This document shows positions 46,550 through 56,276 of a stretch of 64,000 bases of DNA, in pieces. A program made the translations under genes and the position numbers. Origin of the DNA: an uncultured Thermoplasmata archaeon (GTDB lineage: Archaea > Thermoplasmatota > Thermoplasmata > RBG-16-68-12); assembly GCA_963768855.1 (NCBI GenBank), contig CAVYJM010000006.1:640001-704000 (forward strand), in the 5' to 3' direction. Position 1 is the stretch's first letter; each line of letters begins with the position of its first letter. The notes beneath the pieces were generated by a model that saw nothing but the letters and a program-made list of their open reading frames with translations, did no database searches and had not been told where the DNA came from.

Positions 46550-49500
46550 GTGAGGACCTTGTTTCTGAAAGAAGTCCAGATGGAGAATTTCAAGTCCTTC
46601 GGCCGCAAGATCGCCGTCCCGGTCCTCCAGGGCTACACCACCATCACGGGACCCAATGGGTCCGGGAAGAGCAACATCTCGGACGCCATCCTGTTCGTCC
46701 TCGGCCCGAAGAGCTCGAAGGCGATCCGCGCCGGCAAGCTGACGGACCTGATCTGGAACGGCGGCAAGACGAAGAACCCCGCCGGGTACACCCAGGTCAG
46801 CCTGATCTTTGACAACACGGACCGCGGCATCCCGCTCGAGGAGGATCTGGTCAAGCTCACCCGCTACGTCGGTCTGAGCCCGAGCGTGGACGGCGGCTAC
46901 AACTCCTACTTCTACATCAACGACCGCAAGTCGTCCCTCGCGGAGTTCGACCAGCTCCTCGCCCACGCGCGGATCTCTGCGGAAGGGTACAACATGGTCC
47001 AGCAGGGGGACATCCAGAAGATCGTCTCGATGACCTCCGTGGACCGCCGACGCATCTTGGACAACATCGCCGGCATCACGAAGTTCGATGACGACATCGG
47101 CCAGGCCGAGACGAAGCGCCGGGAGACGGAGGAGAACCTTGAGCGCATCCGGATCATCCTCGAGGAGATCGACAAGCAGCTGCAGCAGCTCGCGGCGGAC
47201 CGCGAGGGCGCGCTGAAGTACAAGGAGCTCAACGAGCGCCTCACGGAAGCCAAGGCCCAGCTCGCGTACAAGAACCGCGAGCTCATCGAGCGCCAGATCC
47301 TCGGCACGAAGGAGCAGATTGCGAAGCATGAGGGCGACCGGGAGAAGCTCCTCGCGGCGAAGGAGGAGCTCCGCAAGAAGCTCGGGGAGGCGCAGGCGCG
47401 CCTGGACGAGCTCGAGCAGAAGATGGCGGAGCGCGGCGGCGACGAGGCGAAGCAGCTCAAGGAGAAGCTCGACGGCCTTCGCGTGGACCGCGCGCGGGCC
47501 TCGGACGGCATCGAGACTTCCAAGGAGACCCTCAAGCAGCTCAAGTTCGATTCTGCGGACTCCGCGAAGGAGCGAGCAAAGGTCCTCAAGGAAATCGACG
47601 CGCTCGAACGCGAGCGAGGGAACGTGGAGAAGCGGCTCGGCGAACTCGAGGGATCCGTGAAGGCCGTCGATGCGGACCTCCACGAGGTCGACGAGAAGGC
47701 GTCCAAGACGGACGCGAAGGTCCTGACGATCCAGAAGGAGATCCTCGCCCTGAACAAGCAGGTCGACGAGATCGAGGAGAAGATCAAGGGCATCGTCCTC
47801 GAGGGCGACCGGACCAAGGAGTCCATGGAGCGGCTCTCCTCAGAGATCGCCCAGCTCGAGGAGACCCGGAAGCAGTACCAGGTCGAGTTCGACGACGCGG
47901 ACTGGCAGATCAAGGAGCTCAAGTCTCATTCCAAGGAGTCGGGCAAAGGACTCCTGAAGCTCCAGCAGGACTTCCACGAGAAGCGCAACGAGGAGGCCCG
48001 CCTGTCCCGCGAGCAGACGGAGCTGCAGCAGGCGATCCTGACCCTCACGCGGCAGTACGCGCAGCTCAAGGCCGAGGCGGATGTGGCCGAGAACATGCGG
48101 CGCGGGTACACCGCGGCCGTGTCCGCGATCCTCGAGGCCCGCGACACCGGCACCCTGAAGGGCGTGCACGGGACGGTCGCCCAGCTCGCCCACGTCGACC
48201 CGAAGTATGAGACCGCGATCGTGACCGCCGCAGGCGCGCGCATGCAGGCGATCATCGTCGATAGCGACAGCGTCGCGGCCGCGTGCATCGACTACCTGAA
48301 GAAGAACAAGATCGGCCGCGCGACGTTCCTCCCGCTCAACAAGATGCTCGTCGGCAAGCCCCGCGGCAAAGCGATCCTCGTGGCGAAGGAGTGCCTCGGG
48401 TTCGCGATCGATCTCTGCCAGTTCGAAGAGAAGTACCGCGACGCGTTCTTCTACGTCTTCGGCGACACCCTCGTCGTCCAGACGCTCGACGAGGCCCGCA
48501 AGTGGATGGGCGGGGTCCGCCTGGTCACGCTCGGCGGCGAGCTGATCGAGGCCAGTGGGGCGATGGTCGGCGGCGAGGCGGAGAAGTCCTCCCTGAAGTT
48601 CGGCCCGCGTTCCGCGGACGAGCTCGAGAAGGTCTCCGAGAAGCTCCGCGACGCCCAGTCCCAGGCGGAGCAGGTCGGCTCTCGCCTCGAGGAACTGCGG
48701 CGCGATATCCTCGACCTCGAGGGCCAGCTCAAGGACTACGGCGGCAAATCGGGCGTCGCCGAGGTCAAGCAGAGCGCGATCGAGGCGAAGCGGAAGGAAT
48801 ACGGCACGAAGCTCGCGGCGAACGAGAAGGACCTGACCGACCGGAAGGCGCGGTTCGCCGAGTCCGAGAAGACCGCGAAGCGGATCGCGGAGGACCTCCA
48901 GAAGTTCACGCACGGTCTGGATTCGCTCAAGGGAAAGCGGGATGAGCGCAAGAAGGCGGTCATCGACGCGACCCCGCAGCAGATCTCCTCCCGGATGAAG
49001 GAGCTCATGGCGAAGCGGACCTCCCTCTCGGAGGAGCTCAGCCAGAACCGGTCCAAGCTCGACGCGATGGCGACGCAGCTCCAGGTCCTCGGAGACCGCA
49101 AGACCGAGATCGAGACCCGCGCCTCGAACCTCGAGGCTCAGCGGAAGGACCACGAGGGCCGGATCAAGACCTTCGAGGAATCGCTCGGCCGGCTCGAGAA
49201 CGAGGTCCGCGCGCTGGAGAAGATGGAGGCCCAGCTCGGGAAGAAGATGAAGGACCTCCAGGACGCGCGGGATGCCGCCTACCGGGAGAAGACGGACCTC
49301 GAGGGTGAGCTCGACAGGGTCACGCACAAGGTCGAGACGAAGGACGATTTCATCCTCAAGATGCAGATGGAGCTCAAGGTCGAGGAAGACCAGCTCTCCG
49401 AGGCGGACCGCGTGATGAAGGAGATGGCGGTCGAGATCAAGGAGGAGAAGCTGCCGTCCCTCGAGACCCTGAAGCAGACGATCTCAGAGTGCGAGACGGG

Positions 49501-50146
49501 GATCGGCGCCCTGGGGAACATCAACCTCCGCGCCCTCGAGGACTACGACGCCCAGCAGGCGCGGCACAAGGAGCTGGACGAGGACCACAAGCGCCTCGAG
49601 AGCCAGCGCCAGGAGCTGATGAACCTCGTGGCCGAGCTGACGGAGAAGAAGAAGGAGGGCCTGGGCAAGGTCTTCGTCGCGATCAACGAGAACTTCAAGA
49701 AGGTCTACAGCGAGATCAGTGAGGGCGGCGAGGCGGAGCTCCTGCTCGAGAACGAGGCGGAGCCCTTCCTCGGCGGCCTCGTCGTCAAGGCGCGTCCGCC
49801 GAACAAGAAGGTGCTGCGGCTCGAGGCGCTCTCGGGCGGCGAGAAGTCCCTCGTCTCCCTCGCGTTCATCTTCGCGATCCAGGAGTTCGACCCGTCGCCC
49901 TTCTACCTGTTCGACGAGGTGGACCAGAACCTGGACGCAGTCAACGCGGAGAAGGTCGCCCGGATGATTCGCAACAACAGCTCCACGGCGCAGTTCCTGC
50001 AGATCTCCCTGCGCAAGGTCACCCTGAAGGAGGCGGACCACATCATCGGCGTGACGATGGCGCCCGGATCCACCTCGGAGATCATCATGCGGGTGAACCT
50101 GGCGGAGATCGAGGACGAGAAGCCCGCCGCGGAGGTGCCCGCATGA
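46550..50146 (+). CDS. smc: Chromosome segregation protein SMC
   Basis: ENFKSF, Walker A GPNGSGKS, coiled coils, hinge GVHG/GRATFLPL, LSGGE and Walker B FDEVD. Confidence 0.98.
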   Translation: MRTLFLKEVQMENFKSFGRKIAVPVLQGYTTITGPNGSGKSNISDAILFVLGPKSSKAIRAGKLTDLIWNGGKTKNPAGYTQVSLIFDNTDRGIPLEEDLVKLTRYVGLSPSVDGGYNSYFYINDRKSSLAEFDQLLAHARISAEGYNMVQQGDIQKIVSMTSVDRRRILDNIAGITKFDDDIGQAETKRRETEENLERIRIILEEIDKQLQQLAADREGALKYKELNERLTEAKAQLAYKNRELIERQILGTKEQIAKHEGDREKLLAAKEELRKKLGEAQARLDELEQKMAERGGDEAKQLKEKLDGLRVDRARASDGIETSKETLKQLKFDSADSAKERAKVLKEIDALERERGNVEKRLGELEGSVKAVDADLHEVDEKASKTDAKVLTIQKEILALNKQVDEIEEKIKGIVLEGDRTKESMERLSSEIAQLEETRKQYQVEFDDADWQIKELKSHSKESGKGLLKLQQDFHEKRNEEARLSREQTELQQAILTLTRQYAQLKAEADVAENMRRGYTAAVSAILEARDTGTLKGVHGTVAQLAHVDPKYETAIVTAAGARMQAIIVDSDSVAAACIDYLKKNKIGRATFLPLNKMLVGKPRGKAILVAKECLGFAIDLCQFEEKYRDAFFYVFGDTLVVQTLDEARKWMGGVRLVTLGGELIEASGAMVGGEAEKSSLKFGPRSADELEKVSEKLRDAQSQAEQVGSRLEELRRDILDLEGQLKDYGGKSGVAEVKQSAIEAKRKEYGTKLAANEKDLTDRKARFAESEKTAKRIAEDLQKFTHGLDSLKGKRDERKKAVIDATPQQISSRMKELMAKRTSLSEELSQNRSKLDAMATQLQVLGDRKTEIETRASNLEAQRKDHEGRIKTFEESLGRLENEVRALEKMEAQLGKKMKDLQDARDAAYREKTDLEGELDRVTHKVETKDDFILKMQMELKVEEDQLSEADRVMKEMAVEIKEEKLPSLETLKQTISECETGIGALGNINLRALEDYDAQQARHKELDEDHKRLESQRQELMNLVAELTEKKKEGLGKVFVAINENFKKVYSEISEGGEAELLLENEAEPFLGGLVVKARPPNKKVLRLEALSGGEKSLVSLAFIFAIQEFDPSPFYLFDEVDQNLDAVNAEKVARMIRNNSSTAQFLQISLRKVTLKEADHIIGVTMAPGSTSEIIMRVNLAEIEDEKPAAEVPA

Positions 50147-51078
50147 GCGAGACATCCCAGGCGATCCTCAACCACCTCCTCTTCCACAAGTCCCTGATCA
50201 GCGAGCAGGAGGGCGGCGAGCGGATCAACCGCTACATGTCCATGCTCGGCGAGATCGACCAGGGGCTGCACGTGGCCGTCCGCGACCCGTTCGAGAAGTC
50301 CGTCGTCGCGGCCTTCGAACTCGTCCTCGAGAAGCAGATGGACCCCTGGGAGATCGACCTGATGCAGTTCACGAAGCTGTTCCTGGACAAGGTCCGGAAG
50401 GACGGAGTCGTGAATTTCGTGACCGCGGGCAAGCTCGTCTTCCTCGCCTGGTCCATCCTGAAGCTGCAGAGCGACAAGGTCCTCCTCGCGGCCCAGCCGC
50501 CCGAGGCCGAGTCGCCCGCGGACGGTTGGGACCTCGACCTGTACCGCGACCCGGAGGATGTGGACTACAACCATCTCATCCTGGACGGCGCGAAGATGCC
50601 CCTGAACGAGGCGATCCGCCGCGAGGGCCGCCGGGCCGTGACCCTCATGGAGCTCATGGACGCCTTCGACGAGGCCCGCCGCGAGGCGGAGATCCAGATG
50701 CAACTCAACGCCCTCCGGGAGCAGGCGATCAAGCGCTTCGCCCCGAACTTCCACCAGAAGGTCCACGGCGAGGACCTCACGGAGGACATCGGCCTGACCT
50801 GGGGCCGCCTGACCCAGTTCAACGGCGACCCGGTCCCGCTCCGGTCGCTGATCGCGGGCAGCGTCTGGGACGAGGTCACCGTGTTCATGGCCCTCCTCTT
50901 CCTCGCCCAGCTCCAGAAGGTGAAGCTCTGGCAGAAGGAGTTCCCGCACGGGGAGATCTTCGTGAAGCGCCTGTCGACCGAAGAGACGATCGCCGCGGAC
51001 GAGCTCCTGGCGATCCCCGCCCTGGCCCACCCGAAGTCGGAGGCCGCCCGGGTGCCTTCGCCGGGGGTGGGCGCGTGA
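50143..51078 (+). CDS. scpA: Kleisin ScpA
   Basis: DPWEIDL N-terminal motif, VTLMEL, and FMALLFLA...LWQKEFPHGEI C-terminal wHTH; ATGA overlap with smc. Confidence 0.93.
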   Translation: MSETSQAILNHLLFHKSLISEQEGGERINRYMSMLGEIDQGLHVAVRDPFEKSVVAAFELVLEKQMDPWEIDLMQFTKLFLDKVRKDGVVNFVTAGKLVFLAWSILKLQSDKVLLAAQPPEAESPADGWDLDLYRDPEDVDYNHLILDGAKMPLNEAIRREGRRAVTLMELMDAFDEARREAEIQMQLNALREQAIKRFAPNFHQKVHGEDLTEDIGLTWGRLTQFNGDPVPLRSLIAGSVWDEVTVFMALLFLAQLQKVKLWQKEFPHGEIFVKRLSTEETIAADELLAIPALAHPKSEAARVPSPGVGA

Positions 51079-51701
51079 GCGACCGCGGGATGGTCGAGGC
51101 GGCCCTGTACTCCGCGGGGCGCGCCCTGACCGTCGACGATCTCATGCGGGTCACCGGGTTCGACGAGGCGACCGTGAAGGAGCATCTCCGTGCCCTCGCC
51201 CGCGAGTACAAGAAGCGGGAGAGCGCCCTCGAGGTTGCCCAGATTGGCACGCGCTGGACGATGCAGATCCGCCAGGAGTACACGGAGCGCGCCCGGACCT
51301 TCGCGCCCCCGGAGATCGACCGCGACCTGCTCAAGACGGCCGCCCTGATCGCCTACCACCAGCCGATCCTGCAGAGCGATCTGTTCGACATGATCGGCGA
51401 GAAGGTGTACGAGCACACGAAGGCGCTCGAGGACCTCAAGCTCATCACCCGCAAACCGAGCGGCCGGTCCCTCGAGCTCACGACCACTCGCTACTTCGCC
51501 GAGTTCTTCGGGCTCAAGACGACGAACCGGGAAGGGATCCGGAAGATCATGGCGGAGCGCGCGGGGATCGTGTACCGCGAGAAGCCCGCCGAACCGGAGG
51601 TCCCGGAGCCGGCCCCGGAGAACCCGGCCGGCCCGGCCCAGGGACCCGAGGCCACCTCGCCGCCGCCCCTCGCCGAATCACCTCCGATAACCACGGGCTA
51701 A
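51075..51701 (+). CDS. scpB: Kite subunit ScpB
   Basis: VEAALYSAG..L, LKTAALIAYHQPI and TTRYFAEFFG motifs; GTGA overlap with scpA. Confidence 0.93.
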   Translation: MSDRGMVEAALYSAGRALTVDDLMRVTGFDEATVKEHLRALAREYKKRESALEVAQIGTRWTMQIRQEYTERARTFAPPEIDRDLLKTAALIAYHQPILQSDLFDMIGEKVYEHTKALEDLKLITRKPSGRSLELTTTRYFAEFFGLKTTNREGIRKIMAERAGIVYREKPAEPEVPEPAPENPAGPAQGPEATSPPPLAESPPITTG

Positions 51702-51788
51702 TTCCTTTATAAGCCGCGGGGCCCTCGCGTCCCTCGGCAGCTCCCGGAGCGCGAGCCGGGGCGCTGACAGGGCAGAGCGGAGCGGACC

Positions 51789-54700
51789 GTGAGCGGGTAC
51801 CTGCGGGACAGCCAGCTGCGGAGGCAGCTGGAGGACAAGGTCAACGAGGCCAAGCGTACGCGCCAGTCCGCCGAGGACGGGCTGAAGCTCGCCCAGGAAG
51901 TCCTCGAGGCCGCGCGCAAGATCGACGCGAACGTCGTCGAGGCGGAGAAAGTCCTCGCCGAAGCGACCGCCGCGATGGGGGCGAAGGACTACAAGCTCGC
52001 CGCGGACAAGGCCGCCGAGGCGACCGAGCGCGGGAAGCGGATCCACCGCGAACATGCGTCCGCGATCATCGAGTCCGGCGCCGGGCTTGCGGCGCTCGCC
52101 AAGGGCGTCGGCGCGGACGTCTCCGAGGTGGAAGGCAGCCTCGCGAAGGCTCGCGACGCTCTCGAGGCCGACAGGCTCGAAGAGGCGGTCGACTTCGCGA
52201 AGAAGTCGTGGAAGCGGAGCGAGAAGGTCCTCTCCGAGCACCTGTCGTCCAGCTTCTCGAAGGTCCAGGCGCTCATCCTCTCGGCGAAGAACCTCGGCCG
52301 GGACATCACGCCCATGGAGGACCTCCTCTCCCGCGCGCGCACGGCCGTGGAGGGCAACAACTTCGCATCCGCGCTCGATTTCACGAAGGAAGGGCTTGAG
52401 ATGATCACGGAGGACCTGACCTCCGCGCTCAACAAGGAGACGCGCGAGGCGGAGGACCTCCTCAAGACGGCCCAGGAGCTCGGGGCCGACGTCACGAAGG
52501 CGACGACGTTCCTCGAGCGGGCGCGCTCCGACGTCGCGAACCTCGAGTTCGAGAAGGCGAACAACGCGGTCCGCCAGAGCCGCGCGGAATCGGAGAAGGC
52601 CCTCCAGCGCAGCCTCGAGGGAAAGCTGACCGACTTCACCAAGTTCATCCAGGAGGCCCGGGCGATCGGCGCGGATCCCGGCCCCGCGGAGGGACACTTC
52701 GCGAAGGCCCAGGAGTCCCTGAAGCAGGGCAACTACAAGGCGGGCGCGCAGTTCGCCAAGCAGGGCTTCCAGGCGCTCCAGGACGCGCAGTTCCAACGGG
52801 TCGTCGGGAGCATCGGCGCGTCGCGCGAGAAGTTCGTCGCGGCCGTCAACCTCGGCATCGACCTCAAGGATCCGCTCAACGACCTGGGCAACGCCCGGGC
52901 CGCGCTCCAGCGGGGTGCCTTCCGCGAGGCTCTCGAGTGGGCTCGCAAGGCCGACGAGGTCGTCGACGCGACGGTCGCCCAGTACCGCGCCGCCCAGGAG
53001 CGGCTCAAGACGCTCCACCGCGCATTCGCGGAGGCCGAGGCCCGCGGGGTCGATACAACGCCTGCCCGCCGGCTCGCGGAGAAGGCCCGCGACGCGTACC
53101 AGCAGCACGATCTGGCCGCTCTGGAGGCCGCGGTCGACGCGGCCCACGAGGAGCTGCGCAAGTCCGAACGCGAGCAGGTCATGCGCACGATCGAGCGGGC
53201 GGAGTTCATCCTCACGGTCGGCGAGCAGAGCGGCGCCGATCTCTCCGAGGCCTCGCGCCTCCTGGAGGACGCGATCGTCGCCACGAAGGCGAACGAGCAC
53301 AAGCGGGCGCTGGACCTGGTCGGACAGGTCGAAGTCAAGGCTGAGGCGACGCTCGAGAAGCACGTCGGCGACCGAACCGCCACCTTGCGAAATGCCCTGC
53401 CCCATCTCGGGGACGCGGGAGCCGAGCTGAAGACGATCATCTCCCGAACCGACGCCGCGATGGCCGCGCACGACTTCGAGGCCGCGTTCAAGGGCCTCGA
53501 GGAGGGCCGCCGCTTCGTCGAGGAGCACACGCGATCCCTGGCGGAGCAGATGATCGGATCGCTCGGCCTCGCCGTCCAGATGGGCGTCGATTTCGGGATC
53601 AGCGTCCAGTCCGAGGAGTCCCTGTACCGGGAGCTCAATGAGTCCCTCGGCGCAGGGAAGGTCGCGGAGATCATGGCGTCGCGGGAACGGGTGCAGACCG
53701 CCCTCGCGAGCGCGTCGGAGAATCTTCTGGCCCAGGTCAAGGCGCGCATCGCCCAGGCCGAGGGCCTCCGGATCGACACGGACGAGATGTCCGACTCCCT
53801 GAAGCGCGCCGAGCTGGGACTCCGCACCGGAAGTTACGCGGAGGGGCTCGAGCTCCTGAAACAGGCGGGCGACCGCGCGAACAAGGCGACGGCCCTGCAC
53901 CGCCAGGCCCATGACGCGCTCTCCGGCGCGGCGGCGTTCATCGCGGAGGCGCGCAAGCACAACGTCGACGTCACGAAGATCGTGGAGGTCCTCGTGGACG
54001 CGAAGAAGGCGTTCGAGCGCCTCGATTACGTCCAGACGATCGAGCTGTCCGCCCGCGCGAAGGCGGACACGGCGAGGCTCACGGTCCTCTATTCCTCGGC
54101 GCAGAAGATCCTCTCGAACAAGGAGAAGATGGAGGTGGGCAGCCGCCTCGGGATCGACGCGCCCCACCTGCGCGAGCTCGCCTCGGAAGCGAAAGAGGCG
54201 ATGAAGGCGAAGGAGTACGACCGGTCGCTCGAGCTCGCGAGCCGTGCGGACGACGAGTTCGCCTCCTTGATCCGGGAGAAGATCGCCGCCCTCCTCACGA
54301 CCTCCCAGTCCATCCTCGGATCCGTCGAGGGGGTGAACCTCGCGACGGTCAACGACGAGGTGATCCGGGCCCGCCAGTCGCTCGAGACGGGCGATCTGCC
54401 CCGGGCCGCGGACCTCGCCCTCCACCTCCGGGAGACGCTCGAACGGCTCAAGAAGCAGGGCGAGGAAGCCGACGTCGCGATCCAACGGGTCCGGGAGTCC
54501 GCCACGGACGCGGAGGCGATGAACCTCGAGGTCCCGAACACCCGCGCGCTCCTCGAGAAGGCGGATCGCGCCTACCGGATGGGGCAGTTCGAGGAGGCGA
54601 TGGACCACGCCGCCCAGGCCGAGGCGGCGGTCTCGCGGGAGCGGGACCAGGGAATCGCCGGCATGATGCAGAGGTTCGAGGAATCGATCGCCCGCGCCCG

Positions 54701-56276
54701 CAAGGAGGGAACGGACACCCGCTCCGCCGAGAAGCTGTTCGAGCGCTCGCGGGAGTTCTTCCGTGCGAAGAAGTACCGCCAGGCCCTCGCAACGGCCCTG
54801 CAGAGTGAGGCCGAGGCGGAGCGAGTAGCGCTCCAGCAGGGAATGGCTTCCCAGGCCGTTGCCACGATCGAGGGCAAGCTCCGCTCCCTGGGTCGGCCCG
54901 CGCCCTCCGTCGAGCGGGTCAGCGAGGAGTCTCGCCGCGCCCTCGCCGGCGGCGACTATGTGAAGGCGCTGGATCTCGCGATCCGCGCCTCGGACGCCAT
55001 GGCAGAGTTCCGCGCGGCCTTCGAGGAGGTCCAGGAGGTCCGGGTCCACGCGTCCGCCCTGCGCCAGACCGCGCGAGAGATCGGTGCCGAGGCGGACAAG
55101 CTGGACCGCTTCATCCAGGAAGGCGACGCGGCGCTCTCGGCCGGCGACATCGAGTCCGCCCGCGCATCGTTCTCGCAGAGCCTCGAATGGGGCATCGGGC
55201 TCGTTCGGGCCCATCTCAAGGAATCCCTCTCCAGGGCGGACGAGCTCGTGGCCGTCTGCCGCAAGCTCGAGATCGACCCGACGCCCGTCCTGAACAAGCT
55301 CTCGGAGGCGCGAACGCAGATCGAGTCGGAGAACTTCGCCGCTGCCCACGCGCGGATCGCCGAGGGCCAGGAGGTCGCGCAGCGCGCCCTCGGTGCCCGG
55401 CTCAACCGGACCCTGGCGGACGCCGCCGAGAATGTGGCCCACGCGAAGAAGCTCGGGTCCGACGCCCGCAACGCGGAGGACCTGCTCCGGCAGGCGAACG
55501 AGAAGGTCTCGCGGGGCGAGTACGAATCGGCCCTCGAGGCCGTGGGGCGTGCGGTCGAGCACGTCGAGAGCGCGAAGCTCGTCGAGAAGCGCTTCGTCGA
55601 TCTCACCTTCAAGGCCGAGACGACCATCCGGAACGGGAAGAAATACGGCATCGACATGCACGCGGCGGAGAGGCGCCTCGCCGAGTCGATGGACCTTCGC
55701 CGGCGGGACATCGCGGACGGCCTGAAGGCCGCCGAGGACGCGTACCGGCTGGCTTGGGACGCGGTCGAGGCGTTCGCCCCGAACCTGAAGGGATCCCTCG
55801 AGGTCGGCCCCGCGAAGCTCAACCAGCCGACGGATGCGACGCTCACCCTGGAGAACGTGGGTAAGGGACTCGCGAAGGACGTCCACGTGAGGATCCTCGG
55901 CGACGCGGAGGCGGAGGGCCTCCCGGAGCTCGCCGCCCTGCGCGCGCACGGCCGCGAGGTCCTGACGTTCAAGCTGAAGATGACCGCCCCGGGCTCCGTG
56001 CCGCTGGCGATCCAGCTCGTCTCCCACCGCGTGTTCGACGACAAGGAGTATGTCCAGGAGACGATCGCCCAGGTCGACGTGGCGGAGACCCTCCAGGAGC
56101 GGCCGAAGAAGCTCCTCGCGGACCTCGAGTCCCGTTGCCCGATCTGCAAGGGCGCCATCAAGAAGGGGTTCAAGGTCCTCCAGTGCGCGTGCGGCCGCGA
56201 CTTCCACGAGCTGTGCGCGTCCCGCGTCGGTCGCTGCCCGGTCTGCTTCCGGCCCCTCGGGAACCCCACGGAGTGA
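51789..56276 (+). CDS. 1495-aa helical-repeat protein with Ig-like domain and C-terminal C4HC3 zinc finger
   Basis: About 21 repeats of about 60 aa (A..xGxD...A...L..A...G(D/N)(Y/F)..A), then beta-rich TLTLENVGKGLAKDV..., then CPIC-x12-CAC-x4-H-x2-C-x6-CPVC. Codon usage matches the core genome. Confidence 0.9.
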   Translation: MSGYLRDSQLRRQLEDKVNEAKRTRQSAEDGLKLAQEVLEAARKIDANVVEAEKVLAEATAAMGAKDYKLAADKAAEATERGKRIHREHASAIIESGAGLAALAKGVGADVSEVEGSLAKARDALEADRLEEAVDFAKKSWKRSEKVLSEHLSSSFSKVQALILSAKNLGRDITPMEDLLSRARTAVEGNNFASALDFTKEGLEMITEDLTSALNKETREAEDLLKTAQELGADVTKATTFLERARSDVANLEFEKANNAVRQSRAESEKALQRSLEGKLTDFTKFIQEARAIGADPGPAEGHFAKAQESLKQGNYKAGAQFAKQGFQALQDAQFQRVVGSIGASREKFVAAVNLGIDLKDPLNDLGNARAALQRGAFREALEWARKADEVVDATVAQYRAAQERLKTLHRAFAEAEARGVDTTPARRLAEKARDAYQQHDLAALEAAVDAAHEELRKSEREQVMRTIERAEFILTVGEQSGADLSEASRLLEDAIVATKANEHKRALDLVGQVEVKAEATLEKHVGDRTATLRNALPHLGDAGAELKTIISRTDAAMAAHDFEAAFKGLEEGRRFVEEHTRSLAEQMIGSLGLAVQMGVDFGISVQSEESLYRELNESLGAGKVAEIMASRERVQTALASASENLLAQVKARIAQAEGLRIDTDEMSDSLKRAELGLRTGSYAEGLELLKQAGDRANKATALHRQAHDALSGAAAFIAEARKHNVDVTKIVEVLVDAKKAFERLDYVQTIELSARAKADTARLTVLYSSAQKILSNKEKMEVGSRLGIDAPHLRELASEAKEAMKAKEYDRSLELASRADDEFASLIREKIAALLTTSQSILGSVEGVNLATVNDEVIRARQSLETGDLPRAADLALHLRETLERLKKQGEEADVAIQRVRESATDAEAMNLEVPNTRALLEKADRAYRMGQFEEAMDHAAQAEAAVSRERDQGIAGMMQRFEESIARARKEGTDTRSAEKLFERSREFFRAKKYRQALATALQSEAEAERVALQQGMASQAVATIEGKLRSLGRPAPSVERVSEESRRALAGGDYVKALDLAIRASDAMAEFRAAFEEVQEVRVHASALRQTAREIGAEADKLDRFIQEGDAALSAGDIESARASFSQSLEWGIGLVRAHLKESLSRADELVAVCRKLEIDPTPVLNKLSEARTQIESENFAAAHARIAEGQEVAQRALGARLNRTLADAAENVAHAKKLGSDARNAEDLLRQANEKVSRGEYESALEAVGRAVEHVESAKLVEKRFVDLTFKAETTIRNGKKYGIDMHAAERRLAESMDLRRRDIADGLKAAEDAYRLAWDAVEAFAPNLKGSLEVGPAKLNQPTDATLTLENVGKGLAKDVHVRILGDAEAEGLPELAALRAHGREVLTFKLKMTAPGSVPLAIQLVSHRVFDDKEYVQETIAQVDVAETLQERPKKLLADLESRCPICKGAIKKGFKVLQCACGRDFHELCASRVGRCPVCFRPLGNPTE

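Noticed and set aside
6940-50155. Other long overlapping ORFs (e.g. 6940-8616, 8660-10453, 19321-21195, 34109-36049, 37662-39647, 47840-49327)
   Set aside because: Shadow or off-frame ORFs of recognisable genes; Arg/Gly/Pro-rich low-information translations typical of high-GC DNA.
51678-56207. 1509-aa minus-strand ORF
   Set aside because: Antisense shadow of the 1495-aa repeat protein. High-GC3 coding leaves the opposite strand stop-free, and the translation has no motifs.
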